41,156 bases of DNA from a virus. Made by a program: the position numbers and the translations under genes. The notes beneath the pieces were generated by a model that was given only the letters and a program-made list of their open reading frames with translations, did not search any database and was not told the origin of the DNA. This document shows, in pieces, positions 24,412-32,922 of this stretch. The DNA lies in UHGV virus genome UHGV-0247579; one strand, written 5' to 3'. Position 1 is the first letter of the stretch. Each line of letters opens with the position of its first letter.

Positions 24412-24750
24412 ATGACAGAACATGAGATTGCATTTGTAAAGAAATGTATAAGAGAAAATATCCACAGATTCTATACATGGGGCAAGTGGAAAGCATTGAG
24501 AGAACAGGTGTTAAAGCTTGATAAATATGAATGTCAGTTATGTAAGAAACGTGGAAAGTATACAAAGGCAACGACGGTTCATCATGTGAATTATGTAAAG
24601 AAGCATCCAGATAAAGCATTGGAAATCTGGTACAGCTTCAGAGGTGAGAAACGGAGAAACCTGATCAGTCTGTGTCATGATTGTCATGAAGAGGTTCATG
24701 GATATCGAAAGCAAAAGAAAAAAGAACCGCTGACAGAGGAAAAATGGTAA
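24412..24750 (+). CDS. HNH endonuclease (terminase-associated)
   Basis: CQLC...TTVHHVNYVKKHPDKALEIWYSFRGEKRRNLISLCHDCHEEVH, the classic phage HNH found next to terS/terL in cos-type phages. Confidence 0.85.
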   Translation: MTEHEIAFVKKCIRENIHRFYTWGKWKALREQVLKLDKYECQLCKKRGKYTKATTVHHVNYVKKHPDKALEIWYSFRGEKRRNLISLCHDCHEEVHGYRKQKKKEPLTEEKW

Positions 24751-24819
24751 AGAAGAATCAAATTGTCAGGATACCCCCGGTCGAAAAAAATCGGGTTTTA
24801 ATTTGCCACGTAGAGACCG

Positions 24820-25209
24820 GTGGGTGCTCCCGACAAAAGAAATTTCTCGTGCGCGCGTGACGGAGGGGGTGGTATAAGGGCGAGAAAAACAAGAAAAGAA
24901 TTATTGCGAGTGGAAATTAAAGAGGACCTTCTTGATCAGCTGGCCCGGAATGGAACCACAGGGAAATATTACATCGACTTGGTCGATAAATATATGGACT
25001 TCTGGGACCTGGAGAACGAACTGATCGCAGACATTAAAAAGAGAGGCGCTATCGTTGAATATAATAATGGAGGAGGTCAAAAAGGGCAAAAGAAAAATGA
25101 CTCGATAGATCAAAGAATTAAGGTCAATGCTCAAATGCTTAAAATACTGGACAGCCTAGGAATTAAGCCGGTTGGCGATGATTCGGGAGATGATGAAGAT
25201 GAGCTGTAA
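24820..25209 (+). CDS. Terminase small subunit (P27 family)
   Basis: About 130 aa ending ...LKILDSLGIKPVGDDSGDDEDEL, typical of the P27 family. Directly precedes terL. The GTG start at 24820 is uncertain. Confidence 0.65.
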   Translation: MGAPDKRNFSCARDGGGGIRARKTRKELLRVEIKEDLLDQLARNGTTGKYYIDLVDKYMDFWDLENELIADIKKRGAIVEYNNGGGQKGQKKNDSIDQRIKVNAQMLKILDSLGIKPVGDDSGDDEDEL

Positions 25210-26884
25210 CATACATCCATATATTCAGGAATGGATTGATATAGTTGAGAAAAAAATCTATGCAGTATGCGAAGAGCAGGAGCTGCTTGTCGCGCATGTA
25301 AAATGGTGTTTTGAGCATGAAGATATTTATATAGATTGTGATCAGCTGGAGAAATATATCGGGATGTCAAAATACTTCCCGTTTGAAGAAATATTTCCCT
25401 GGCAGAAGTTTGTGATCGGACTGCACGATTGCACATATTGGAGAGAATCCGGGCTTCCAAGATGGCCGGATTTATTCTGTATGTTGGGGAGAGGAGCGGG
25501 AAAAGATGGTACAATTGCGCTCGAATCAGTGTGTTTAATGTCCCCACATAATGGAATCAGAGAGTACGATGTAGATATCTGCGCCAATAATGAGGACCAG
25601 GCAATGCGGCCGGTTCATGATGTGATCAATGCATTTGAACGACCGTCTGTGATAAAGAAATTAAAGAAATTCTTCCGATGGACGAAAGAACAGGTTTTAT
25701 GCTTGAAAACAAAGTCTATTATGAAGGGAAGAACAAACAGTCCGAAAGGAAAAGACGGTCTTCGTTCTGGAATCTGTATTTTTAATGAGATCCATCAATA
25801 TGAAGACTATAAGAATATAAACGTCTTTACGACAGGACTTGGTAAGAAGAAACATCCAAGACGTTCTTACTACACGACAAATGGTGATGTGCGGGAAGGA
25901 CCGCTGGATGATCTGCTGGAAACTTCCGAACAGATCTTACGGGGCGGCGAACCGGATAATGGGTTATTACCATTTATCTGTAAACTGAATAAAAAGGAAG
26001 ATGTGGATAAGGAAGAAAACTGGCCAATGGCAAATCCATCGTTGCCATATCTGCCAAGTCTTATGGAAGAGATCAGGAAAGAATACAGGGAATGGAAGAA
26101 AAATCCGAGAAGACTTCCGGCATTTATGACAAAACGAATGAATATTCCGGAAAATGCGGAAGAAATGAGTGTAACGGAGTGGGACAATATCAAAGCGACC
26201 AACATCTTACTGCCGGATCTGGAAAGATGGAGCTGTGTATGTGGAATTGACTATACAAAATTAACAGATTGGGCTTCCGTAGATCTTCATTTCCGAGATG
26301 GAGATGAACGGTTTGACATCAGCCATTCATGGATGTGCCTAAATTCGAAAGACATTCCGAGGATCAAGGCTCCATGGAAAGAATGGGCGGATTCCGGAAG
26401 ATTGACGCTTGTAGATGACGTGGAAATACATCCGTCATTGCTTACAAATTATATACAGGAAGCAAAACGCATCTACAATATCAAAGCGTTGGCCTTGGAT
26501 GATTTCCGTTTTGCATTGATCGGAAAATATCTGCAGGAAATAGGCTTTGATATGAAAGTGAATAAGAATCTGAAGCTGATCCGGCCATCAGACATTATGA
26601 AAGTGGTACCTCTGATCGATAGCTGCTTTGTAAATCAATGGTTACGGTGGGGAGATGCTCCAGAACTAAGGTGGGCTACCAATAATGCAAAACTGATCAG
26701 GCATGGAAGAAAACCAGGAAAAGAGGATGATGCCGATATGGGAAATTATGTATATGGAAAAATAGAAGGAAAAAGCAGAAAAACAGACCCATTTATGGCA
26801 TTTGTAGCGGCGATGACTGTGGAAACCGTGCTGCCGCAGAAACGGGCAAAACCAACACCGAAAATACAGGTTTACAGTTATTAA
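25172..26884 (+). CDS. Terminase large subunit (Terminase_1 family)
   Basis: Walker A-like LGRGAGKDGT. 570 aa. Start probably one of the ATGs at 25190-25199, overlapping the terS end. Confidence 0.9.
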   Translation: MAMIREMMKMSCNIHPYIQEWIDIVEKKIYAVCEEQELLVAHVKWCFEHEDIYIDCDQLEKYIGMSKYFPFEEIFPWQKFVIGLHDCTYWRESGLPRWPDLFCMLGRGAGKDGTIALESVCLMSPHNGIREYDVDICANNEDQAMRPVHDVINAFERPSVIKKLKKFFRWTKEQVLCLKTKSIMKGRTNSPKGKDGLRSGICIFNEIHQYEDYKNINVFTTGLGKKKHPRRSYYTTNGDVREGPLDDLLETSEQILRGGEPDNGLLPFICKLNKKEDVDKEENWPMANPSLPYLPSLMEEIRKEYREWKKNPRRLPAFMTKRMNIPENAEEMSVTEWDNIKATNILLPDLERWSCVCGIDYTKLTDWASVDLHFRDGDERFDISHSWMCLNSKDIPRIKAPWKEWADSGRLTLVDDVEIHPSLLTNYIQEAKRIYNIKALALDDFRFALIGKYLQEIGFDMKVNKNLKLIRPSDIMKVVPLIDSCFVNQWLRWGDAPELRWATNNAKLIRHGRKPGKEDDADMGNYVYGKIEGKSRKTDPFMAFVAAMTVETVLPQKRAKPTPKIQVYSY

Positions 26885-26920
26885 GGGGGTGAACGTAGGA
26901 AATTAAGTATTAAAGACTGG

Positions 26921-28084
26921 TTGATCAAAAAACTTGGAGGCAGCAGTATCACAAGGATCACAGTGGATGACATTATGAAAGATAAAGATGTACAGAGTGC
27001 TATGTACGAAGTATATCTGAGAGAGCTGGCTTTCTGGACTTGTGTCAATAAAATTGCAAATGCCATCAGCAAATGCGAATTTAAAACGTATATCAAGAAA
27101 AAAGAAGTAAAAGGACAGGAGTATTATCTTTGGAATTACGAACCAAATCAGAACCAGAATGCAACATCATTCATGAATAAGCTGATTGGCAAGCTGTACC
27201 GGAACAATGAATGCCTTGTGGTAGAAGTAAACAATCACATTTATGTGGCAGACAGTTACAGCAAAGAGGTGCTGGCATTGAAGGAGTACAGATTCAGCGG
27301 GATCACATTTGACGGTTACGAATTGTCTGAAACGCGGGAAATGTCGGAAGTCATGTTTTTCGAATTAAATTCAGAGAATATGAGGAATCTCACAAATGGG
27401 ATGTATGAAACGTATTCAAAATTACTGATATATGCGCAGGATGCCTATAAAAAATCAAGAGGAAAAAAAGGAATCCTGAATATTGGAGCAATTGCACAGG
27501 AAAGTGAGAATTTCGATGAAACATTCCAGGAGTTGATGAGCACGCATTTTAAGAACTTCTTTGAAAGCGACAGTGCGGTGTTGCCATTGTTTGACGGATA
27601 CGAATATCAGGATATTTCAGAAAGCGGAAAGACTTATTCTACAGAATCAACACGAGATATCAAGTCTCTGGCTGATGACATCTTTGAATTTACAGCAAGA
27701 GCATTTTCTTTCCCACCGAGTCTGGCCAAAGGAGATGTACAGGATACAGGGAAAGCGATTGATGAACTTCTGACCTTTGTGATAGATCCGCTCATTAAGA
27801 TGCTGCAGCAGGAGATCAACCGAAAGAGAAATGGATACACAGGATTTAAAGCTGGAAATTATGTGAAGATAGAGACTCTGGCAGTCAAGCATATTGATAT
27901 TTTTGATATTGCAACTCCAGTAGACAAGCTGATCTCAAGCGGAGCATTTACGATCAATGATATTTTGGAAGTGCTCGGAAAACCGAGAATTGAAGAAGAC
28001 TGGGCAAACCAACACTTTATGACGAAAAATTATAGTAAGATTCAAGACCTGCTTGCAGGATTGGATATAGAAACCACAGAGTGA
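26921..28084 (+). CDS. Portal protein
   Basis: 387 aa, in the position between terL and the head protease. TTG start per the track. Confidence 0.7.
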   Translation: MIKKLGGSSITRITVDDIMKDKDVQSAMYEVYLRELAFWTCVNKIANAISKCEFKTYIKKKEVKGQEYYLWNYEPNQNQNATSFMNKLIGKLYRNNECLVVEVNNHIYVADSYSKEVLALKEYRFSGITFDGYELSETREMSEVMFFELNSENMRNLTNGMYETYSKLLIYAQDAYKKSRGKKGILNIGAIAQESENFDETFQELMSTHFKNFFESDSAVLPLFDGYEYQDISESGKTYSTESTRDIKSLADDIFEFTARAFSFPPSLAKGDVQDTGKAIDELLTFVIDPLIKMLQQEINRKRNGYTGFKAGNYVKIETLAVKHIDIFDIATPVDKLISSGAFTINDILEVLGKPRIEEDWANQHFMTKNYSKIQDLLAGLDIETTE

Positions 28085-28121
28085 AAGGGGTGAGACAAGG
28101 AAAAACATAACAAACTGGAGA

Positions 28122-28847
28122 ATGCAGCCTGTTCAGGCAGAGAACAAAACACTTCTGTACATTTATGATGATGTGACAGAATATGGAGAATTTGATTGGA
28201 ACGAATGGGAATATAAGGACTCGGAGACTTCTGCAAAATATTTTGCAGAGAAACTGAGTGAAATTCCAGAAGGACAGACAATTGAGCTGCATATCAACTC
28301 AAATGGCGGATCCGTAAAAGAGGGCGTTGCTATTTACAATTTACTGAAGCAAAAACAAAACCAGAAAGTCGGGATTGTGGATGGCGTAGCACACAGTGTT
28401 GCGTTTTTGATTCTACAGGCGTGTGACACAAGAAAAATGTGTTTAGGTACAACGGCACTGATACACAATATGTGGATGTATTGCTCAGGCAATGCAACAC
28501 AACTGAGAAAATATGCCGATGATCTGGATGACATGATGGAAGCAAACCGGCAGGTTTTTCTGGAAAGGGCGAAGATTGAGGAAAGTGAGTTGATTGAGTT
28601 AATGGAAAATGAGACTTACCTCACTCCGGAAAAGGCGCTGGAATATGGACTCATTGATGAGATCATGGGAAAGACAGCAGAGCCGGTCAATACAGAAGAG
28701 ATTCTGGAGAAGCTGTCCGATATGCAAAGACAGTTAAACAGTCAGGAGAGCTTCCGGCAGCAGATTGCAGCAATGCAGAAACCACAGGAAGACAAGAAAC
28801 CAAGAAAAAACAATGTATTAAATCTTTTTAGAGGAGGCATGATTTAA
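28122..28847 (+). CDS. Head maturation protease (ClpP-like, S14)
   Basis: INSNGGSVKEGVAIYNLL...HSVAFLILQACD...HNMW matches ClpP-family catalytic regions. Confidence 0.8.
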   Translation: MQPVQAENKTLLYIYDDVTEYGEFDWNEWEYKDSETSAKYFAEKLSEIPEGQTIELHINSNGGSVKEGVAIYNLLKQKQNQKVGIVDGVAHSVAFLILQACDTRKMCLGTTALIHNMWMYCSGNATQLRKYADDLDDMMEANRQVFLERAKIEESELIELMENETYLTPEKALEYGLIDEIMGKTAEPVNTEEILEKLSDMQRQLNSQESFRQQIAAMQKPQEDKKPRKNNVLNLFRGGMI

Positions 28848-28870
28848 GGAAAAATTTAGATGTATTAGAA

Positions 28871-30316
28871 ATGGAAAAAACAGCAATCGTACAGAAGATG
28901 AATGAGGCAATCACAGCCGGAGATGCAGAGCAGTTCCAGGCAGCGTTTGTGGAGCTGTGCGATAAGATTCAGGAAAGTGTCATAGAACAGGCACGGGGAA
29001 TCGTAGAAGAAGCAGATCAGAGAATTCTGTCTGAGCGCGGCGTAAGACAGCTGACATCCAAAGAAAAAGAATATTATCAGAAGCTTGCAGAAGCAATGAA
29101 ATCTACAAATCCAAAACAGGCAGTAGAGAATCTGGATGTGGTAATGCCATATACTGTAATTGACAAAGTATTCGAAGATTTGAAAACAGATCATCCGCTG
29201 TTGTCCAAAATCCAGTTTACATCCGTAACAGGGTTGACACGAATGATGATGAATACGAATGGATATCAGAAAGCAGCATGGGGAAAACTTTGCGCAGATA
29301 TCATCAAGGAGCTGACATCCGGATTTAAAGAGGTAGATGTGACACTGAGCAAACTGTCAGCATTTCTTCCGGTGTGCAAAGCAATGTTAGATTTGGGGCC
29401 GGAATGGTTGGACAATTATGTGAGACAGGTCCTGTATGAAGCACTTGCAAATGGATTGGAAGACGGAATTATCAATGGAACAGGAAAAGATATGCCGATC
29501 GGTATGACAAAACAGGTGGGAGATTCTGTTACAATCAAAGGCGGTGTATATCCGGATAAAAAAGCAGTAAAGGTTACAAAGCTTAATGATGTACAGCTTG
29601 GAAAATTAGCATCTGTTCTGGCAATCAATGAAAAAGGACAGGCAAGAACCGTAGACACACTGATTCTGGTGGTAAATCCGTCAGATTATTTCAGTAAAGT
29701 CCTTCCGGCAACACAGAGACCAGCGCCGGGCGGTGGATATGTAAGTACACTGCCATTCCCGATCGATGTGATCCAGTCTCCGGCGGTAGGAGTCGGAAAG
29801 GCTGTATTTGGTATGGCAAAGCTTTACTTCATGGGATCTGGAATCGAAAATAACGGAAGAATCTTGTATTCAGATGATTACAGATTCCTGGAAGATGAGA
29901 GGGTTTACCTGATCAAAATGTATGGTCATGGATTTGCAGTAGATGATAATGCCTTCATGCTTTTGGATATCAGTGATCTGCAGCCAGCGTATTATGAAGT
30001 GGAAGTTGTTCCAAGTGTAGAAAATGTGGAAAATGCAAATCTTGCAGATTTCAAGGTAGGGGGACATACACTGACACCGGAGTTCGCAGAAGGAACATTA
30101 ACATACACTTTGACAACAACGGACGCATCAAACACGGTGCAGGCGGTAATTGCAGACAGTACTGCAGAACTGGAATTGACATACAATGATAAACCGATTG
30201 CAAACGGCAGCAGAGTTACATGGGCTTCCGGCGCAGGAAATGTAGTAAAAGCAAAAGTGACAGATGGAAAGACAACCAAGACATATCAGGTGACTGTAAC
30301 AAAGAATGAGGCATAA
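28871..30316 (+). CDS. Major capsid protein (HK97 fold) with an N-terminal scaffold-like delta region and a C-terminal Ig-like (cadherin-like) domain
   Basis: 481 aa following the protease. N-terminal coiled-coil-like 100 aa. The C-terminal 90 aa are beta-rich (…TYQVTVTKNEA). Confidence 0.75.
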   Translation: MEKTAIVQKMNEAITAGDAEQFQAAFVELCDKIQESVIEQARGIVEEADQRILSERGVRQLTSKEKEYYQKLAEAMKSTNPKQAVENLDVVMPYTVIDKVFEDLKTDHPLLSKIQFTSVTGLTRMMMNTNGYQKAAWGKLCADIIKELTSGFKEVDVTLSKLSAFLPVCKAMLDLGPEWLDNYVRQVLYEALANGLEDGIINGTGKDMPIGMTKQVGDSVTIKGGVYPDKKAVKVTKLNDVQLGKLASVLAINEKGQARTVDTLILVVNPSDYFSKVLPATQRPAPGGGYVSTLPFPIDVIQSPAVGVGKAVFGMAKLYFMGSGIENNGRILYSDDYRFLEDERVYLIKMYGHGFAVDDNAFMLLDISDLQPAYYEVEVVPSVENVENANLADFKVGGHTLTPEFAEGTLTYTLTTTDASNTVQAVIADSTAELELTYNDKPIANGSRVTWASGAGNVVKAKVTDGKTTKTYQVTVTKNEA

Positions 30317-30318
30317 TC

Positions 30319-30615
30319 ATGAGCGATCTGTTAGAAGATGTGAAGAATTTTCTGGATATTACATGGGATATGGATATCAGGGAGCGTAAAAAGCTCTCTG
30401 GTATCGTAGAGAGAGGAAAAGCGTACCTTGAGGGCAAAATAGGATTTTGTGATTTTGAAAGCGAAACACAAGAAAAAGAGCTGCTCTTAAATTACTGTAT
30501 GTATGCAAGAGCCGGTCAGGTGGACGAGTTTATAAAAAACTATAAATCGGAAATCATATCCCTGCAGATGCGCAACTTTCAAAGGAAAGCAGGTGGTTGC
30601 GATGCCAAGACGTAA
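30319..30615 (+). CDS. Head-tail connector (gp6-like DNA-packaging protein)
   Basis: 98 aa. Position and the MSDLLEDVKNFLDITWDMD... pattern fit the family. Confidence 0.55.
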   Translation: MSDLLEDVKNFLDITWDMDIRERKKLSGIVERGKAYLEGKIGFCDFESETQEKELLLNYCMYARAGQVDEFIKNYKSEIISLQMRNFQRKAGGCDAKT

Positions 30616-30958
30616 AGATACAAAATTTGTCACATTTAATGACGGAATGTTGGATATCTGCAGCGTGAAAGGACGAAAAATTGTAGAAACAAAGCATTGT
30701 GGAATCCGGTTTGGGTTTCGGACAGTAGGAATCAAACGGTTTTATGAGGCAAAGGTATTATCCAATCAGATTGACGAAGTAGTTGCAATTCTGCCGGTAG
30801 AAGACATTTCTACGATGGACATCTGCATAATCAGAGAAAAGCAGTATAAGATCATACAGATCCAGAATAAATACGATGAAACGCCACCTTGTTTATTGCT
30901 TTCTCTGGAAAGGGTAGTAACGACTTATGAGGATGTGAGAAACCATGCCGAAAATTAA
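30602..30958 (+). CDS. Head closure / head-tail adaptor protein
   Basis: Internal ATG MPRRKD (track 30593..30958), in gene-order position. Confidence 0.5.
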   Translation: MPRRKDTKFVTFNDGMLDICSVKGRKIVETKHCGIRFGFRTVGIKRFYEAKVLSNQIDEVVAILPVEDISTMDICIIREKQYKIIQIQNKYDETPPCLLLSLERVVTTYEDVRNHAEN

Positions 30959-31328
30959 TATTGATCAGTTAGCAATCGAAGTCATGCAGGAGTTAGATGC
31001 GTATCGTGAGGATGTACAGGAAGTTGTGGAAAAGGCAGTGAAAGAGACGGCGAAGCAGACAGCTGCGGAATTACGTTCCATATCACCGGAAGGAGATACC
31101 GGTGAATATGCAAAGCACTGGAGCTATAAACGAGACGAAAATTTGAGTGGAAGGCACCGCTATGATATGGTGGTGTATTCCAAAAAGCCGGAATACCGGC
31201 TTACACATTTGCTGGAAAAAGGACACGCAAAGAGGAATGGTGGAAGAGTGGACGGGATCACGCATGTCAAAATTGCAGAAAAGCACGCAAAGGAAATTCT
31301 ACAGGAAAGGATAGAACGATATTTATGA
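30945..31328 (+). CDS. HK97 gp10-family tail-component protein
   Basis: 127 aa. GEYAKHWSYK... fits the gp10 family. Position. Confidence 0.55.
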   Translation: MPKINIDQLAIEVMQELDAYREDVQEVVEKAVKETAKQTAAELRSISPEGDTGEYAKHWSYKRDENLSGRHRYDMVVYSKKPEYRLTHLLEKGHAKRNGGRVDGITHVKIAEKHAKEILQERIERYL

Positions 31329-31642
31329 CAAAGGAGAGGATAGAAGCAATTCTGGATGTACTGGAAATTGAATATCGGTATCATCATTTCGAAGAACGTG
31401 AGGCGGTGAATCCTCCTTTTATTTGCTGGTTGATTCCGGAAACGAGAAATTTCTCCGCAGATGGGAAGGTATATTTTAAATCAAACAAAGTTGATATTGA
31501 ACTGTATACAGATGAAAAGGACTTTGAACTGGAAGAACGTGTAGAAGAGGCACTTGATGCAGCAGATCTCTTCTGGCAGAAAAGTGAACAGTATATTAAA
31601 TCAGAAAATATGTATGAAGTATTATATGAAGTGGAGGGCTAA
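31325..31642 (+). CDS. Tail completion / tail-terminator-like protein (105 aa)
   Basis: Gene-order position before the major tail protein. Confidence 0.4.
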   Translation: MTKERIEAILDVLEIEYRYHHFEEREAVNPPFICWLIPETRNFSADGKVYFKSNKVDIELYTDEKDFELEERVEEALDAADLFWQKSEQYIKSENMYEVLYEVEG

Positions 31643-31714
31643 GTAAGGAAAGAAAGACAGGCAACAAAAAAGGATAAAGTCAAATTCAATATCCATAATG
31701 CGCATGTTGCGCTT

Positions 31715-32248
31715 TTGCAGGAAAGTGACACGGGAGAAATTACATTTGATACACCGTTTGCGGTACCTGGCTCCGTATCGCTTTCACTGGAAGCACAGGG
31801 AGAACTGACACCGTTTTATGCGGATGGAATCAAGTATTATGTTTCTTCTTCCAATAGCGGATATGAGGGAGACTGGGAAATGGCGCTGATCACGGATGAG
31901 TTCCGGGAAAAGATTTTAAGTGAATACATTGACAGGAACAAAGTCATGCTGGAGGAAGCGACTGCAAAAGTAAAACGGTTTGCGCTGGGATTTGAAATTG
32001 ACGGCGATGTGAGGGGAACACGGTTCTGGTTCTATTGCTGTACCTCTACACGTCCTACAACAGAATCCAGCACAACAGAGGACGCGATTGAACCTACAAC
32101 TGACACTGTCACAGTTTCTGCATCCGCTGTACAGCTTGGAACAGCTAAGAAAATGGCGGTTCGGGCAAAGACAACAGCAGATACAGCAGATGATTTATAC
32201 GAAAAATGGTTTGATAAGGTATACATTCCAGATCAGGAAATATCATAA
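31715..32248 (+). CDS. Major tail protein (phi13-like). True start probably upstream (in-frame conserved N-terminus from about 31643)
   Basis: GELTPFYADGIKYY...GDWEMALITDEFREKIL resembles phi13-family major tail proteins. The upstream in-frame KVKFNIHNAHVALLQESDTGEI matches the family N-terminus but has no ATG/GTG/TTG. Confidence 0.7.
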   Translation: MQESDTGEITFDTPFAVPGSVSLSLEAQGELTPFYADGIKYYVSSSNSGYEGDWEMALITDEFREKILSEYIDRNKVMLEEATAKVKRFALGFEIDGDVRGTRFWFYCCTSTRPTTESSTTEDAIEPTTDTVTVSASAVQLGTAKKMAVRAKTTADTADDLYEKWFDKVYIPDQEIS

Positions 32249-32260
32249 GGAGAGGTTAGG

Positions 32261-32680
32261 ATGAGAAAAACGATCACAATCAATGGAACAGAATATAAAT
32301 TCAAAAGTTCTGCCGCAATCCCCCGGATTTATCGACTGAAATTTGGGAGAGATATTTTTGTAGATATGCAGAAAATTGAAAAGCAGATCAAGATCCAGGA
32401 AAAACTCAAAGACGAGATGCAGAAAAAATGCGCAAAAGAAGGTACAGAATTTGATGAAAGTAAGTTTGAAAGCGGAATCCCGATCGAATCACTGGAAATG
32501 TTTGAAAACATTGCGTTTCTGATGCATAAACATGGCGATCCTGACCAGCCGGACGATATCAACGAGTGGTTGGATCAGTTCGAGACATTTGATATCTATG
32601 AGATTCTGCCGGAAATCATGGAAATGTGGAAATCAGAAAATAAACAGATGTCAGTTCCAAAAAAAAAGAGAGGGAAATAG
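32261..32680 (+). CDS. Tail assembly chaperone (G form)
   Basis: 139 aa between the major tail protein and the tape measure. Ends just after the A9G slippery run. Confidence 0.7.
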   Translation: MRKTITINGTEYKFKSSAAIPRIYRLKFGRDIFVDMQKIEKQIKIQEKLKDEMQKKCAKEGTEFDESKFESGIPIESLEMFENIAFLMHKHGDPDQPDDINEWLDQFETFDIYEILPEIMEMWKSENKQMSVPKKKRGK

Positions 32681-32853
32681 ACCGTGAGGTCAATACCGCA
32701 TTGTTTATGCTTCGATGTGCACAATGCGGTATTTCTATTTCTGATTTAGACCTGTTAAGCATTGGAATGATCAACGATATGTTTATCGAAATGAAGAATG
32801 ATGAGTATGATTATCCGAAAATTGCAACACAGGCGGATATTGATGCACTGTAA
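32261..32853 (+). CDS. Tail assembly chaperone, -1 frameshift extended form (G-T)
   Basis: Slippery CC-AAAAAAAAA-G at 32657-32668. The -1 frame is open for a further 62 codons (EIDREVNTALFMLRCAQCGISISDLDLLSIGMINDMFIEMKNDEYDYPKIATQADIDAL*) to the TAA at 32851-32853. Confidence 0.55.
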
Positions 32854-32922
32854 AGGAGGGATGTAAGGGCAGGGAGCAGAATAAAAGGAATTACCATAGA
32901 GATTGGCGGCGATACTTCCAAG

